A stretch of 64,000 nucleotides of DNA from Podarcis bocagei (lineage: Eukaryota): the NCBI GenBank assembly GCA_964188305.1, contig OZ076885.1; one strand, 5' to 3'. The position numbers were made by a program, and so were the translations under genes. The stretch's first letter is position 1; each line of letters starts with the position of its first letter. The notes under the pieces are model-generated. The model saw only the letters and a program-made list of their open reading frames with translations, did no database searches and was not told the origin of the DNA. Shown here one piece after another: positions 40,398-53,852 of this stretch.

Positions 40398-41157
40398 TGA
40401 CGCCCATCTGACATCTGACTGGGTTGCCCCAGCCATGCTGGGCAGCTCCCAACAGAATATTAAAAACAGGATAAAACATCAAACATTAAAAACCTCCCTA
40501 AACAGGACTGCCTTCAGATGTCTTCTGAAAGTCAGTTGTTTATTTCCTTGAAGCCTGATGGGAGGGCATTCCACAGGGAGGGCACCACTACCGAGAAGAT
40601 AGTAGCTTCATTTCTTCCAGGGAGGGAACAGCCAGAAGGCCCTCAGAGCTAGACCTCGGTGTCTGGGCTGGACGGTGAAGGTGAAGACGCTCCTTCAGGT
40701 ATACAGGATCAAGGCCATTTAGGGCTTTAAAGACCAGCATGCCAACACTTTGAATTGTGCTCAGAAACATACTGAGAGCCAGTAGAATGGCACCTCAGGT
40801 TACATACGCTTCAGGTTACATACGCTTCAGGTTACAGACTCCGCTAACCCAGAAATAGTACCTCAGGTTAAGAACTTTGCTTCAGGATGAGAACAGAAAT
40901 CGTGCTCTGGCGGTGCAGCAGCAGCAGCAGGAGGCCCCATTTGCTAAAGTGGTGCTTCAGGTTAAGAACAGTTTCAGGTTAAGAATGGACCTCCGGAACG
41001 AATTAAGTACTTAACCCGAGGTACCACTACATAGATCTTTTAGTACCAGTGTTATATGATCCCAGTCACCAGTCTAGCTGCAACATTCTGGATTCGTTGT
41101 AGTTTCCTAGTCACCTTCAAAGGTAGCTCCATGTAAAGTGAATTGCAGTAGTCCAAA
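40328..41157 (-). mobile_element. L2 LINE 3' end with (AAT)n tail, interrupted by a MITE
   Basis: Minus ORF VFKALNGLDPVYLKERLH..SSSEGLLAVPSL; reverse homolog of 43971-44675. Confidence 0.9.
40785..41029. mobile_element. Tc1/pogo MITE family A nested in L2
   Basis: Internal sequence matches the 4328 and 63204 copies; degenerate TIRs at a TA site. Confidence 0.88.
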
Positions 41158-41500
41158 TGCTTTGCATGCCAAGGGGCCCAGGTACAATTCCTGACCTCTC
41201 CAGGCAGGGCTAGAGAGGCACCTGTCTGAAAGCCTGGAGATATGACCAGTCAGGGTTGACAATACTGGACCGTGTCAGTATAGGGCAACTTCCTATGTTC
41301 ACTAACTCTCTTCACTTTCAAAGTAGCTTGACTTCTGCTGCTTGCTTGTTTGTTTATATTATTTTCTGTTCCCACTGTTCTTCCCAAAGGAGTTGAGGAC
41401 AGCAAGCATTAAAGTGGTAAAACAATACAATGAAGAGTTGTTGTTGTTTTAAAAAAAATATTTAAAACATTTTAAAAAATCTTTAAAAGAACATCTTGCA

Positions 41501-41912
41501 AAAAATGGAAAGAAGTAGAAATCCCAGCAAAGGAAGAATGGATACAAAATCTTACGGAATTTGCAGAAATGGAGAAACTTGCCAGACGAATAAGAACTCA
41601 AGATAACAAACTTTTTATAAAAGAATGGAAATGGCTTATTGAATATTTACAGATAAATTGCAAACAGATAAGAACATTGGCAGGGTGACTGTAATAACCT
41701 GCAGTTTTATAAGAGTATATATTTAAAGTAGATGAATAAATGAGCAAAGTAAGTTGATTTGGATATGCAGAAGATATTAAAAAATAAATTTAAGGAACTG
41801 CAGAAAGAGGGGCAAGGAAGTCAGAATTTGAAATGTTAAGATGATTGTAAAATTAGTGAAATGTATAAACCCGAAAAGCATAAATAAAATTAATAAAATA
41901 AATAAATAAAAT
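41501..41912 (+). mobile_element. L1-clade LINE 3' end
   Basis: KWKEVEIPAKEEWIQNLTEFAEMEKLARRIRTQDNKLFIKEWKWLIEYLQINCKQIRTLAG*, (AAAT)n tail, 11-bp TSD AACATCTTGCA at 41490 and 41913. Confidence 0.88.
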
Positions 41913-43116
41913 AACATCTTGCAGGGGGGTAGGACTAGACTACCCTTGGGTACTTCCCAGTTTTACAGTTATATGATTCTGTCTAAAGTATGAAAAAAGA
42001 AGTGGTACCAAAGAAGACATGTTAAGGAAATAAAAGCTTTAGGCATGTAGAGCTATATGTGTGGTTCTTTCAAAAAATAAAATGGAAATAATTACCTATT
42101 GCCCAAAAAATGCATCCAAATGGCAAAAGCAGGGGGGTGGGCTTGGATCAGGCAATTGCTCAAATGGTCTCCTTTGCTGCCCCCCTCCCCCATCAATAAA
42201 AATACATAGCTAACTGTGGTTCTCCACCCCCCCCCCTAACAAAAGGCCTGCCCCCCAAACAGAAATCCTGCAGTGACCTTTCAAAATATTGCTCTATCCC
42301 CTACTGCAAGCTATGACATGGGACACACTAGAACAACCACATCTGGATTTCCAAAGGACATGGTACATTAGATTTAAAAAATGTGATCCTCATGAAATGC
42401 TGCTGATTCAGGGAAACCCTTACAAGGAATTCAGAACAATCCAACTTTTGTGGTTCGCCTTTGCTGTCTTGCATATTTGACTCCCCCTTACAGTTAGGGC
42501 AGTGGGGGAGTTTTGTTGGTTTTTTTGTTTTACACGAAACTATCTGCACCTGCTGGCTTGCCTATAAAATGTGGTTTCAAATATGAAGCAATAAAATCCT
42601 GCAATTAAACTTAAGACACACGATTCCAGTTACGGTCTGAATTCACACAGTGGCAACAAGCCTTCCACAATGCCCGAGGTGATGGGTTGTGTGTTTCTTT
42701 ATAAAGTACATTTTGAATCAGGGAAATTACCCACCCTCCTCTCATTTAACCCTTTCCATGTAGTTTCATATAATTGTCACTTTAAGGAAGGGCAGGGAAT
42801 TGATTTCGGTCCAAGGACCAGATTCTGTGAAAGTTCCTACGCACATCTCTCTATCCTCCATCCAGGTAATGAAGAGGCATTACCACAGTTCAGTGGCACA
42901 TTTCAGCCAGGCAAAAACACTTGAGGAGGATGCAGTTCAGGGTTTGTGCAGGGCATGGCTTATTGGGGAAGGTGGTCTGGGAAAGAGTGATGAGGGAAAA
43001 GAAAAATAGGTGGGGGGGCATGTTCAGCCCCTGGGGCCTCAGGTTCCCACCCTTCACTGCCTTAGGTCTTTTGATGAAACATACTTATTTTGGCTACCTC
43101 AGCACAATTAACTTCC

Positions 43117-43154
<38 letters not shown>

Positions 43155-43410
43155 TATACTGCCCTTCAAACAAGGATCATAGGGCAGTTTACAATATAAA
43201 AACACAAAAATGCATAACATAGCTACAAACAACACCCACACCCACACACACACACACACACAAACACACACACTTTAAAAAGGCCATAGATTGGGAAAAG
43301 GCCTGGAGAAAGAGGAATGTTTTTGCTTGGCGCCTAAAGATATGTAACAAGGGCACCAAGAGTGAGCCTCCCTGGGTGCTTGCATTCCACAAGCAGGGAG
43401 CCACCTTAGA
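43117..43410 (-). mobile_element. L2-type 3' end with (ATT)n tail
   Basis: Minus ORF VAPCLWNA..IFRRQAKTFLFLQAF resembles the L2 terminus; tail motif tatactgcccttc..gggcagtttaca. Confidence 0.7.
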
Positions 43411-43970
43411 AACAGACAAAACCTTATTTGGAGAATGAGGCAAGGAAGTTTGCAAGCCAGCCCTGATCATTAGAATGTGTGAAGGTTTCTTTTCCTTTAA
43501 TAATGTATACCTGGAATCTCTGACTGAAATATTAAGAACGTTGAAGAGAGAATACAACTGCTGTGCCATGATCTCATCTCAAACATAATTCTGTCATTGT
43601 TTCATGAAGCGTGCTCTGCGACACGTAATCATATTCGCAAAGAGCAAGAACGTCAGTCTCTGTCAAAGGCACTGAAATAAGGCAACTTTCAACAGGCATC
43701 CTTTCGGACTACTGTCCCTCTGCTAAAGGCTCAGGAAGATGTGATCTCTTACTCATATCTTTAGCCCACCAGGTTTGCGATCTGAATCAAGCGGTACACC
43801 TGCTGTTCCATAGTAGAGGAAGTTGTGGTCCTCAACATTCTGTTGGACCCAAACTCCTGTCATCCTAACCCATTGGCCATGTTGGATGCAGCTGATGTGA
43901 GCTGGAGACCAACATCTGCAAAGCCACAGTTTCTCCAAACCCATGCAATTTGCAACCACAGCTTTCCTCC

Positions 43971-44590
43971 TAGTACGCAGGCTGAGACCCTACCTGTCTG
44001 TGGACTGTCTCGCCAGAGTAGTGCATGCTCTAGTTATCTCCCACTTGGACTACTGCAATGTGCTCTACATGGGGCTACCTTTGAAGGTGACCCGGAAACT
44101 ACAACTAATCCAGAATGCGGCAGCTAGACTGGTGACTGGGGGCGGCCACCGAAACCACATAACACCGGTCTTGAAAGACCTACATTGGCTCCCAGTACGT
44201 TTCCAAGCACAATTCAAAGTGTTGGGGTTGACCTTTAAAGCCCTAAACGGCCTCGGCCCAGTATACCTGAAGGAGCGTCTCCACCCCCATCGTTCTGCCT
44301 GGACGCTGAGGTCCAGCACCGAGGGCCTTCTGGTGGTTCCCTCATTGCGAGAAGCAAAGCTACAGGGAACCAGGCAGAGGGCCTTCTCAGTAGTGGCGCC
44401 CGCCCTGTGGAACGCCCTCCCATCAGATGTCAAAGCGATAAACAACTACCTGACATTCAGAAGACATCTTAAGCCAGCCCTGTTCAGGGAAGTTTTTAAT
44501 GTGTGACATTTTAGTGTATTTTTGGTCTCTGTGGAAGTCACCCAGAGTGGCTGAGGAAACCCAGCCAGATGGGCGGGGTATAAATAATAA

Positions 44591-44632
<42 letters not shown>

Positions 44633-44675
44633 ACTATTACTATTACTACTACTACTACTACTACTATTATTATTA
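43971..44675 (+). mobile_element. L2 LINE 3' end with an uninterrupted ORF2 C-terminus (ORF 43943-44506) and compound microsatellite tail
   Basis: VVHALVISHLDYCNVLYMGLP..LQLIQNAAARLV..HITPVLKDLHWLPV..RAFSVVAPALWNALP..FRRHLK; tail (TTG)n(TAC)n(TAT)n; possible TSD TCCTCC. Confidence 0.95.
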
Positions 44676-47600
44676 TCCTCCCACTGTGAACAGCACATGC
44701 ATGTGGCCCCAATTTGCTTCAGAACTCCAATGAGAGGAAATGTCCTCCTTATGCCATGCTCCTGATCCAACTCTGAGAGAACCATGAGCTATTGAGAAAA
44801 GAAATCAGCTACACAAAGATTAAAGTCTGTTGGCAAAAACAGAATGCTCTGGAGAAAGCAGCAGATGCCAGGAACATTAGAAGTTTTGAGAAGAAAGAAG
44901 ATCACCCCCAAAGGGGAAATACCAAAGTTATACCACTAAAATGCATCTGTGCACAAAGTGAGCACCTCCGTAAGTAAACTCCTGCTTACTTATGCAGTTT
45001 ACCTAATATTCCATTTCTTTGAGGCTCCTGAACTACGCAACTTTGTTGGCTCACATTAAGCCTTGAAATTTGATAGACTGAATCAAATACATTAATTTCA
45101 ATTAGTTGTATGTGCTTAAGTGTGTTGATGCCAACAGCATTGATCCTAGAATTGAACATCCCATGGAACAGAACAAAATAAGACGTGAGCTTCAGCAGGG
45201 AGGAGAGCAGGAAGCTAATGCAACTCGTCTTTTAAACCATTGACAGCATAAGGTCTACAGGAACCATCTTGTTTTTGTTATTTCTGGGGCAGCCCAATGG
45301 TCCAGCTTGGGAAGAGGCTGCTAAAACCAACAAAATATCAACAATTGTCACCAGGTTCCTATTAACTGCCAACAGCAAAAGAAAGAGCAAAATTATACAT
45401 CTTTAAGCAAGACACATCCCAGCACAGTGATCATAGCAATATCAGTTAGTAAGGAAGGTTCCCCCACATTTCCCATACATGAAAGGGGCCAATCAATGCA
45501 GAGTAATTGCAGAATGGCCACCTGGTGTTATGCTATACAACACAAATTCAGTACACAACCTGGCAAACACAGGGAGCGTGCAAATGTTGCCCCTTGGGAA
45601 AAAGTGGGACTGTGCTCCTCACATTCTCAATTAACACTTATTGTAGCCTTGCCCAACCTGATGCTTCCATCATTGCCAATGGCAGTGGTATTCCAAAGAA
45701 AGGTCTGGAGAAGATTGACTTGACCGCTCCTACAGACACCACCACACTATTCACTGTGCATTGCAGTGGTTCATGGGCCCATCAGCTGAAGCTTGCCAGC
45801 ATTCCTGCAGGAAAAAGGGAATAGCTCACAGGTAGACCATGTGCAGCAATGTGATCCCCCTTCTTGCCCTTTTGGGAAAGTGTGACCTACACCAGTTCAA
45901 CTATTAGGGGGAAAGGGAAACAGCTCACTTGCACACTACATCCCTTCCATGTCACAAAACAAATGCTAGGTATATAGCCATCCTTAGAGCAGAGATTCAC
46001 AACACATCCTAAAATGTTGTACTTGTATCACAATGCATGAATAATTCACATTTTAGGTTTTCTCCTGTTCTACTGAGTCACACCACCATAATCAAATATT
46101 TCCATAAATACAAAATGTGTCAACTTGATTTTTTCTGGCATTTCAGCCACAATAATTGTCCTTTCCCCCTTTCTCTCCCCAACCCCGGCTGCTCTTTTGC
46201 CATATTTCTTAGAAAACAGCAGCTGTGTTTATTCAAATAGCAACACTCTGATGATCTGATGATAGGGTAATCTGCTCCTATACCAAGCACAACTGTCCTG
46301 CAGGAACCTTTTGCTGGACTCTAGACATCATTGTTTGGGTGATAACAAGCCCTTCAACAGGCTCCCAAAGCTTCGTGTCCATCTGGTTAGTTTTCTCATT
46401 CTTTAAGCTGGTTAGTTTATTGAATTTCTTACTGCCTGTATCATATTTTCCCCCTTCAGTTCCTGCAGCATAATTTCCCCATGCATCATTGTCAAAAAGT
46501 AATTCCACAACATGAACAGTTTCACTCCAATAACTTCCAAGCAAAGGGACTTAAGCATTACTTTGAATTACAATAGGAACCAGCCTTTGCATTCATCTGG
46601 CTCTCAGGACAATAAATTCAGTGGGTCTGCCAGTGCTCCTTAGGAAACAATGTGAGCTCGAATGCCATAATAACTTAGCAGGCAGTTTACATATCTAATG
46701 ATCCAAGACAAAAGGAAACGTGAACAACTAAATTAACCGTCTGAATTTAAAGCAAAACTCCCAGCCTCCCAGACATATGTAAAAAAAAACCAACCACGTC
46801 TGTAGCAAAGGAGCCTTGCACTTTCTACACCGTGTATTTACCACAAAAAACTCTTTCTAGAGTAGGAGTGCAGAATTTTGGGGCCCCAGATGGTGCTGAA
46901 CTACAGCTCCCATTGGCAAGCGCTAATGGGAGTTGTAGGGCCAAAAGTTTCCCACACCTAGACCATCCAAAGGAGAAGGCAAAAACTGCTTAAATATGTA
47001 TTTATATGCAGCTTGGGTGCCTGCTGATTCCAAGATTGTAAAGCTCATGCATTGTTAATTAAGCAGGTTTTCCACTTTAGATTGCCCATACTTGTTTATG
47101 CAACATTTTTCTATAAACGTATTATGGCAAAAGTCCAACATCCAAAAGGATGAAACTATATAGGCAATTCAATATTTTTCATGTAGCCCCAGCCTTCTTC
47201 CTCAAAAGCCACAGCCATCACCAATGCACATGCAAACTCCTCAGTCCCACTGTTTCACTTCTGCTTTTTCCAGCCTCACCACAGCAGAATAAAATTCCCT
47301 GATCACACCCAAACCAGGGTCCATGTCCATTCTGACTCCCTAAGTACCTTCAAAGAGCAACTTCAGTTTTAAATTGTTCATTTTCTATACATGGGATCAT
47401 AAAAGACAGACCAAGGAAGTTCTTAGGGAAATGTACATTTTCCAAAAGCACACAAAGGGCATTTCCACATTTAGATTTCATATTTTTATTGTCACCGAAG
47501 ACATCTCTCAAAATACTATAAAAAGTGTGAAGTGCTAGCATGAAGGAATTTTAAGGACTAGTGTAGAAAAGGATTGTCAGGAATAATAGGAACCGTCGGA

Positions 47601-50053
47601 GGTGAGGGATGAATTAAGCTCCAAATCAGGCCGTTGTTGTGGTGGCAGCTACCCTCTGCAATTCCCTTCTATCAAATAAGAGGGGTACCATGTCTACTCT
47701 CTTTTTGGCGCTAACTGAATACCTCCCTCTTCCAACAGGTTTAAAGGGGTGGAGGGGTATGTGTGTTGCATCCCATTGGTGTAGCGGTGGCGGCACTTAC
47801 CCTGCTTCTGACAGGAAATGCTCTGACAGGAAACGACAACAGAAAATAGGGGTTGAGGAGAGTCAGTTGTGGGAGTGTGAGAAATGCCCCTATTTTCATC
47901 TGAGGAACGTTGGAGGGTATCAAACACCTGAACAAGGACTGGTCCCATCCCTGTGTATGCCCCTCTGAGGCAACTCCTTGCGCAAAACTCCATATACATC
48001 AGATGGCAACCTCTTTCTAGTAGTTGTTATCAGCAGCACATTCAAAGAACAGGGAAGGTTATGCAACGTATTTCAGATTTTCTCACCAAGGATAGGATTT
48101 TTATCATTACTTTTGCACTGCTTCCCTCCTCATTCCAATTATCAGCTAATCTTGGAGGGGTAGGGTGGTCCCCCCCCCCTTTATATATGTTTCTTATCAG
48201 GTGAAATCACAATGGCTTAGGACTGACTGTTTTGAAGGCACTGAAAAGGAGCTATGCTGCACATCTTCGCCATCAACCCATTCTTTCATACCTCTGCACT
48301 ACCTCCAGGAAGCACCACAGCAGCCATAAGTCATCGGCTAATTGTGGCAATGAAGTCCTTTGTAATAAAAGGTTTTTGCAAGGAAACGCTTACACAAATC
48401 GGCAGCATTTGTAAAATAATAATAATAATAATTTACTTGCAACCCTCTTGATTGCGATGATTAAGCTCATTTGTTTCCCTCAAGTGAATTGGGGTGGCGG
48501 GGAGCAGGGAGAGAAGTATACAAAAACAGTCACATCTACATTCCCCTTCCTTGTATCTGACTTCAGACAGCTATAATTTACTAACCAACCTACACGGCTC
48601 CATGAGACAAATTCTATGTCTATAGCTTTCCATTACCGCTTAGCTGAGAGAGTATCCTAGGTATGCCAAATGCGTATAGGTAGAGCAATCAATAGGGGGA
48701 ATGGGGGAGGGCAGAGGGGGAGGGGGCGGAACAACATAATCGAAAACTATGTAGCAGGGTACCTAGGAAGGAACTTGATTAAATATCCACCCATTGCCGC
48801 TATTTCTAATCTCGTGCTGTTCAGGTGTTTACAATCCCTTTTGTGTTAGCCTCATATAACCGGAGTCTGGTTTAATTGCTTAGCAAATGTAATTTTATTA
48901 AAGAGATAAAGATATAGCTAACGCTAATAAGCTGCCTTTGAAATATAGAGAGCCTTTCACGATTGGATTTTTAGTTAGCTTGCTCTTTCTTTAGAGACTA
49001 ATTGATTTTCTTGACATCTCTTTAGCCTGGCAAACTGCCTGCCTAAGTACTTTATCTGACCTTCAGGCAGCTTGCCAGCTATTGATCCGGTATCTACAAT
49101 GACTATGTTGTAGCAGCTCTTCCAACTTTGATAAGAGCTAATGTACCAGGGTCCTCAAGACAGGAAGTCAATGATCACAAAATTTCTATCAGGCTGCCTA
49201 TCTGTGCCGCCTAATTATTTAAGAATTTCAGGTTGTGTCGAAACAAGAGCTTTCAACAGTTGTACCAGTTTTTTGGTGTGTTTGTTTTGGGGTTTTTTTG
49301 CACTGGGGAAATAAAGGCAAAATTGGGGGGCGGAGTATATGTAAACATATGAAAACGTCCCATTTTTTGTTGCAGAAATGCAGACACACAAGACGGTTGT
49401 AGCTATCATATGATTCTATTCTATACGTCAAGTATGGGGAAGTCCTGCCCCACCCAGGTGTTGCTGAACTACAACTCCTATCTTTCCTAGCCATTGGCCA
49501 TTCTTGCTGGGGCTGATGGGAGTTGTAGTTTAGCAAAAGTTTCCCCACCCTTGATATAGGTATTTGGAATTTGTAGAGCTGCACAACTAGATCTGCATAT
49601 CTAGAGGGGCTTTAGGTTTGGTGTTTCCCAAGGGACAACTTCACCCACTTCCTGCTGCATTTTGATACAGAAGAGGTAATGTTGCAAGCTGTAATATGAC
49701 ATAGTGGCCTGTCATTGGGCATGCCTGGCATTTGGACTCTGACCATTGTTATATGCACTCAGAATTCCTAACAAGGGAGCTATCTGGGGAAGAGCTGAAA
49801 TTCAACATTAGAGCATCTGCTTTATATGCAGCAAAATCCCAAGTTCAATCATTTTAGTTGAGTTAAAAACATGATCTAGGAGGACTGGGAACGAATCTTC
49901 GTGAAGAGCTGCTGGAAGTTCAACTAGACATTACTCCAAGTTCAGAGGCAGCCCTGTTTGTGAACTTCCTGGAGACATCTGATTGGCCACTCTAGGAAGC
50001 AAGATGGGGGACTTAATGGACCTTTATGCTGGTCCAGCTTAGCTCTCCTTATT

Positions 50054-50179
50054 GAATCATAGAATTGTAGAGTTTTAAAGTGTCATCTAGGGCATCACCC
50101 TGCAACACAGGAATCTTTTGGCCAATGTGGGGCTCAGACCCACAACACTGAGAGTCTCATGCTCTGCAGGGAGAGCTAT
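50054..50179 (-). mobile_element. tRNA-Lys-headed, CR1-tailed SINE (degraded)
   Basis: Minus strand agagcatgagactct..gtgggtctgagccccacattgg followed by gattcctg..ctctacaattctatgattc. Confidence 0.7.
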
Positions 50180-51225
50180 TACTGGCCACAAGCTCACTTT
50201 TTAATATTCACCCTTCAGTGCTTTTGCTAAATGATTCACAAATTGCTAAGCCACTTTACTATGTGAGAGGTGGGGAAAAATAGAATCCATTCCCACCCTA
50301 AGAATTGCTTGTTGGTTTGTGTGTGTGTGTGTTTTAAAAAAATGCAAATCAAAAACTGAGATACTCTCAGCCATAAATTCCTGGTTTTCTGCTGTGTGAT
50401 GACGTAACTGACTGGAAAATAACTACTATGCTAGCAACATTTTTCACTGAACAATTGATTTTAAATGACTAATTACAGAGTACAACACAATGAACTGATG
50501 TGAAACCTACCCAAGTTCCTTATAATAAATGGGCACTTTTAGCTGGCATTTTCAAAAATGCTGTACTAGGTTCTGTAGCCACCAAAATGATACAAACATT
50601 ATTGGTACCACTCAGCATTTTTAGCAGATAAGAATGAGGAAGTTTGTCTCCTTTCAAAATGTGCTTCTTCAGTTATTTGGAAAACATATACATTTGCTTG
50701 AGATTCCATTGGCTGGAAAAACGCATTTTCATTCCAGTATCCAGGAGGCTTTTCTTTCTGTTTGAAGCATTTTTCAATTATTTGTATCTGAACCTTCACG
50801 TAGCCCCTTGGGAGAGTTTTACTGTGCAATCCTAGCTATGTCTACTCAGAGTTGACTTAATGGGGACTCACCCAGGTAAGAAGGGTTAGGATTGCAGCCT
50901 TAGAATGTGTCCAGTCCTGTGTTTATTGCAGCATCACGGTCTTGTTCAGAATTCCCTCCCCTTGCCAATACTTTGTGTTGGAAGGAAAACTCCCATTGTT
51001 GATGGTGGAATATTTTCTCCCATTGCAAACAGCAGTGATTGGAGGGGGTGGATTCTGATTGGAACTGTGGTGGGGGCAAAGGGTTAAAGCCTTTCCCGCT
51101 CAGCACCACAATCCTTATAGGGCTGTTTTTAAAAAAATCAAGCACACCAGATCAAACTATGTGTCAAATGTTACATTTAGTTTGGCTCATAGTCTTCCAG
51201 CCAGACAACTAACATGGCAGGGCAC

Positions 51226-51363
51226 CATGGGCATAGCCAGGATTTATGTTGGGGGGCAGACTTCATGGGGGGCATAACCTCAGTTATTTAAGTATTTTTT
51301 TGTTTTACTTGATTGGGGGAGGGGGCAGCTGCCCCCTGCCTCCCCCTCACAGCTATGCTCATG
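51226..51363. mobile_element. hAT-like MITE
   Basis: TIRs CATGGGCATAGC / GCTATGCTCATG; degenerate 8-bp TSD cagggcac / caagacac. Confidence 0.75.
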
Positions 51364-51381
51364 CAAGACACCAATGGCAAA

Positions 51382-51758
51382 AGGAGTACTAAGAGGAATG
51401 GGAGAGATTTAAAGACTATTTAGCTAAATATGTTAAGATAACTTAAATAGAATTACTTGCATGCATCAGATTGGCCTAGGATTTAAATAAGTGATGTTGT
51501 AGAATATTATGGTGTAAAAAAATGAAAAGAAAGAAAGATGTTAATTGACTAAGTAAATTTTATGTGGAAATAGTTTTGGAAAACTGCTACAATGATTTAC
51601 ATGGAAATTCAGCCAGGGGGATTCGAGGAAGTCACCCAACAATGTTAACAAAAGTGGAATTATTACAGCTAGGATAAATGTTTGTTTGTTTGTTGATGTT
51701 TTCTTTTTATTTGTTTGCTATAAATTTGGAAAACTAACAAAAAAAATTGGGAGGGGGG
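51382..51758 (+). mobile_element. L1-clade LINE 3' end
   Basis: EEWERFKDYLAKYVK* followed by a 3' UTR homologous to 57395-57817; TSD agacacca(a/c)tgg(c/t)aaa. Confidence 0.8.
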
Positions 51759-53582
51759 AGACACCACTGGTAAAGCTGCATTGTATGCCTAGAGATTGTC
51801 CCCTGTGCCTGACCAAGGGTTTTATGGCACCTGAGGGTAAGCAGCTTTTCGACGGTTTGAACTACGCAATCTCAAAAGGTGTAGAAAGGAAAGAAGCCAT
51901 AGCTTTCCAAGCAGTTTCATTAAAAATAAATAAATCTCAAAATAAGCAGGGATTGAATGCCTTGACTAGAGGAGGAACCGAGGTTGCATTGTATAGAAAA
52001 GAGCAGCGTTTCCATATGAATGTTTGTCCAACTTCACTTTGAGATGAAAGGAGGATCATGCAAGAATGCTGTGGTTCAGGGTAAAAAGTGCAAGTGTGCC
52101 GGCAGGTGGGCAGGCCCAAAAGCAGGCATGCACAATATTTTGGTGCAAATTTCTGCCTCTCAAACAAAACTAGATGTTATATTATCTCTGTGCAGCACTG
52201 TTACAAACAATACAAGGAGAAAAGACGGGCTCCTTCTTTTTGAAAGCGCTGGCAAACCCATTTATGCTTTCCTTTTCTGATCCCTGCATTCAAACACCAA
52301 CGCGACCTCACCTTCTGACTTTCTCTAAATGCTGCAATGTAAACTCTCTGTCTCTCATACACAGAGAGAGAGAAAAAAATATGCAGCTCCAAAGCGGGGG
52401 AACCGTTTTATGATCATAGGTTGTTTAGATTTAATATAGTCTGATCTGGATTAGCCTCCAATCGAAATGTCTTTGGCCTCGTTGAAATGCTGCAACAGTG
52501 CCCCAGACATAAGCAGAGATGCAAGACGCCTCCCAGACTATTTGGCACGGGCCCAGAAAACGATCAGCAAACAGACAGCCTTTGCAAAGCTTGCGCGGAA
52601 GCAAGGGAAGAGCTTTGATTTGACTAAGACTGGCTGTGGTCCTGGTTTATAAAATAAATGTATCTGACAGCAAAGTCATCAGCAGAGGTAAAAGGAAAGC
52701 TGAAGCATTGATGTGTAGTGGGGCTGGCATCTGTTCCTGAATACGCACACAATTCAAACTGAGGTCGATCCTCCTAGAATAATCCACTGTCTAAATTTCC
52801 CAAGTTCTGGGTGTGTGGTTATTATTATTTTTAAAAAAGAAGACTCTGCTTAAAGCATGGCTTCAAAATATTGTATTTATTTGTTTTCTTATTCATACTC
52901 ATAGCCTTCACTTCAGTGAATGGTCCCAGGGTGGGTTGCAAAAATGTCATGAAAGCAAGTACGAATTAGGTTGCAAGCAAACCACAAAACTAACCAAGAA
53001 GAAAGTTAACAGAGCAGCAGCCCAGAACCGCAATGGAGTGCCACCATGACTCCCCAATAAAACTTGGGAAGGCAGAACATTTAATCTGGCACACAAGTAA
53101 AAAGTTATGCAGTAGCTTGCAACACAGAGATGCTTCTGATCATTATCAACGAGCTGGAAACATTTATCATAAGGAATACAAGAAGGAGACAGGGAGCAGG
53201 TTCCATTAACTCTTGAAAGCCTATATCCATGTTTGGGTAAAACAGTGATTGAACTCAGCTTCAGGGAAAGGGCATATCTCGGTGGTAGATTTTGCATGCA
53301 GAAGGACCTAGGTTCAATTCCTGGCATCTTCAGGTAGCGCTGAAACTTGATAGGTTTTTATAAAAAGGTAAAGTACCCCTGGACGGTTATGTCCAGTCTA
53401 AGGCGACTATGGGGTTGCGGCACTCATCTCACTTTCAGGCCGAGGGAGCCGGCATTTGTCCACAGACAGCTTTCTGGGTGATGTGGCCAGCATGACTAAA
53501 CCACTTCTGGCGCAATGGAACACTGTGACGGAAGCCAGAGAGCAAGGAAACACTGTTTACCTTCATGCCACAGTGGTACCTA

Positions 53583-53842
53583 CTGTATTTTTCGCTCTAT
53601 AAGACGCACCAGACCATAAGACGCACCTAGTTTTTGGAGGAGGAAAACAAGAAAAAAAAATATTCTGAATACCAGAAGCCAAAACAGCAAGAGGGACCGC
53701 TGCGCAGCAAAAGTAGCGATCCCTCTTACTGTTCTGGCTTCTGGGATAGCTGCGCAGCTTGCATTCACTCCATAAGACGCACACACATTTCCCCTTACTT
53801 TTTAGGAGGGGAAAAGTGAGTCTTATAGAGGAAAAAATACGG
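53583..53842. mobile_element. Tc1/mariner-pogo MITE family C
   Basis: TIRs CTGTATTTTTCGCTCTATAAGAC / GTCTTATAGAGGAAAAAATACGG with TA TSD. Confidence 0.9.
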
Positions 53843-53852
53843 TATTTATCTA

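Larger units (their letters stand above)
40305..41302 (+). mobile_element. Squam2-type SINE split by an L2 insertion
   Basis: Head ggggaagggccgtactcagt (40305-40327) resumes at 41158 (gctttgcatgcc..) and ends ggcaacttcctatgttc. Confidence 0.75.

Noticed and set aside
43943-44506. 187-aa ORF as a host gene
   Set aside because: It is the L2 ORF2 C-terminus of a 5'-truncated retrocopy; the ATG comes from flanking sequence.
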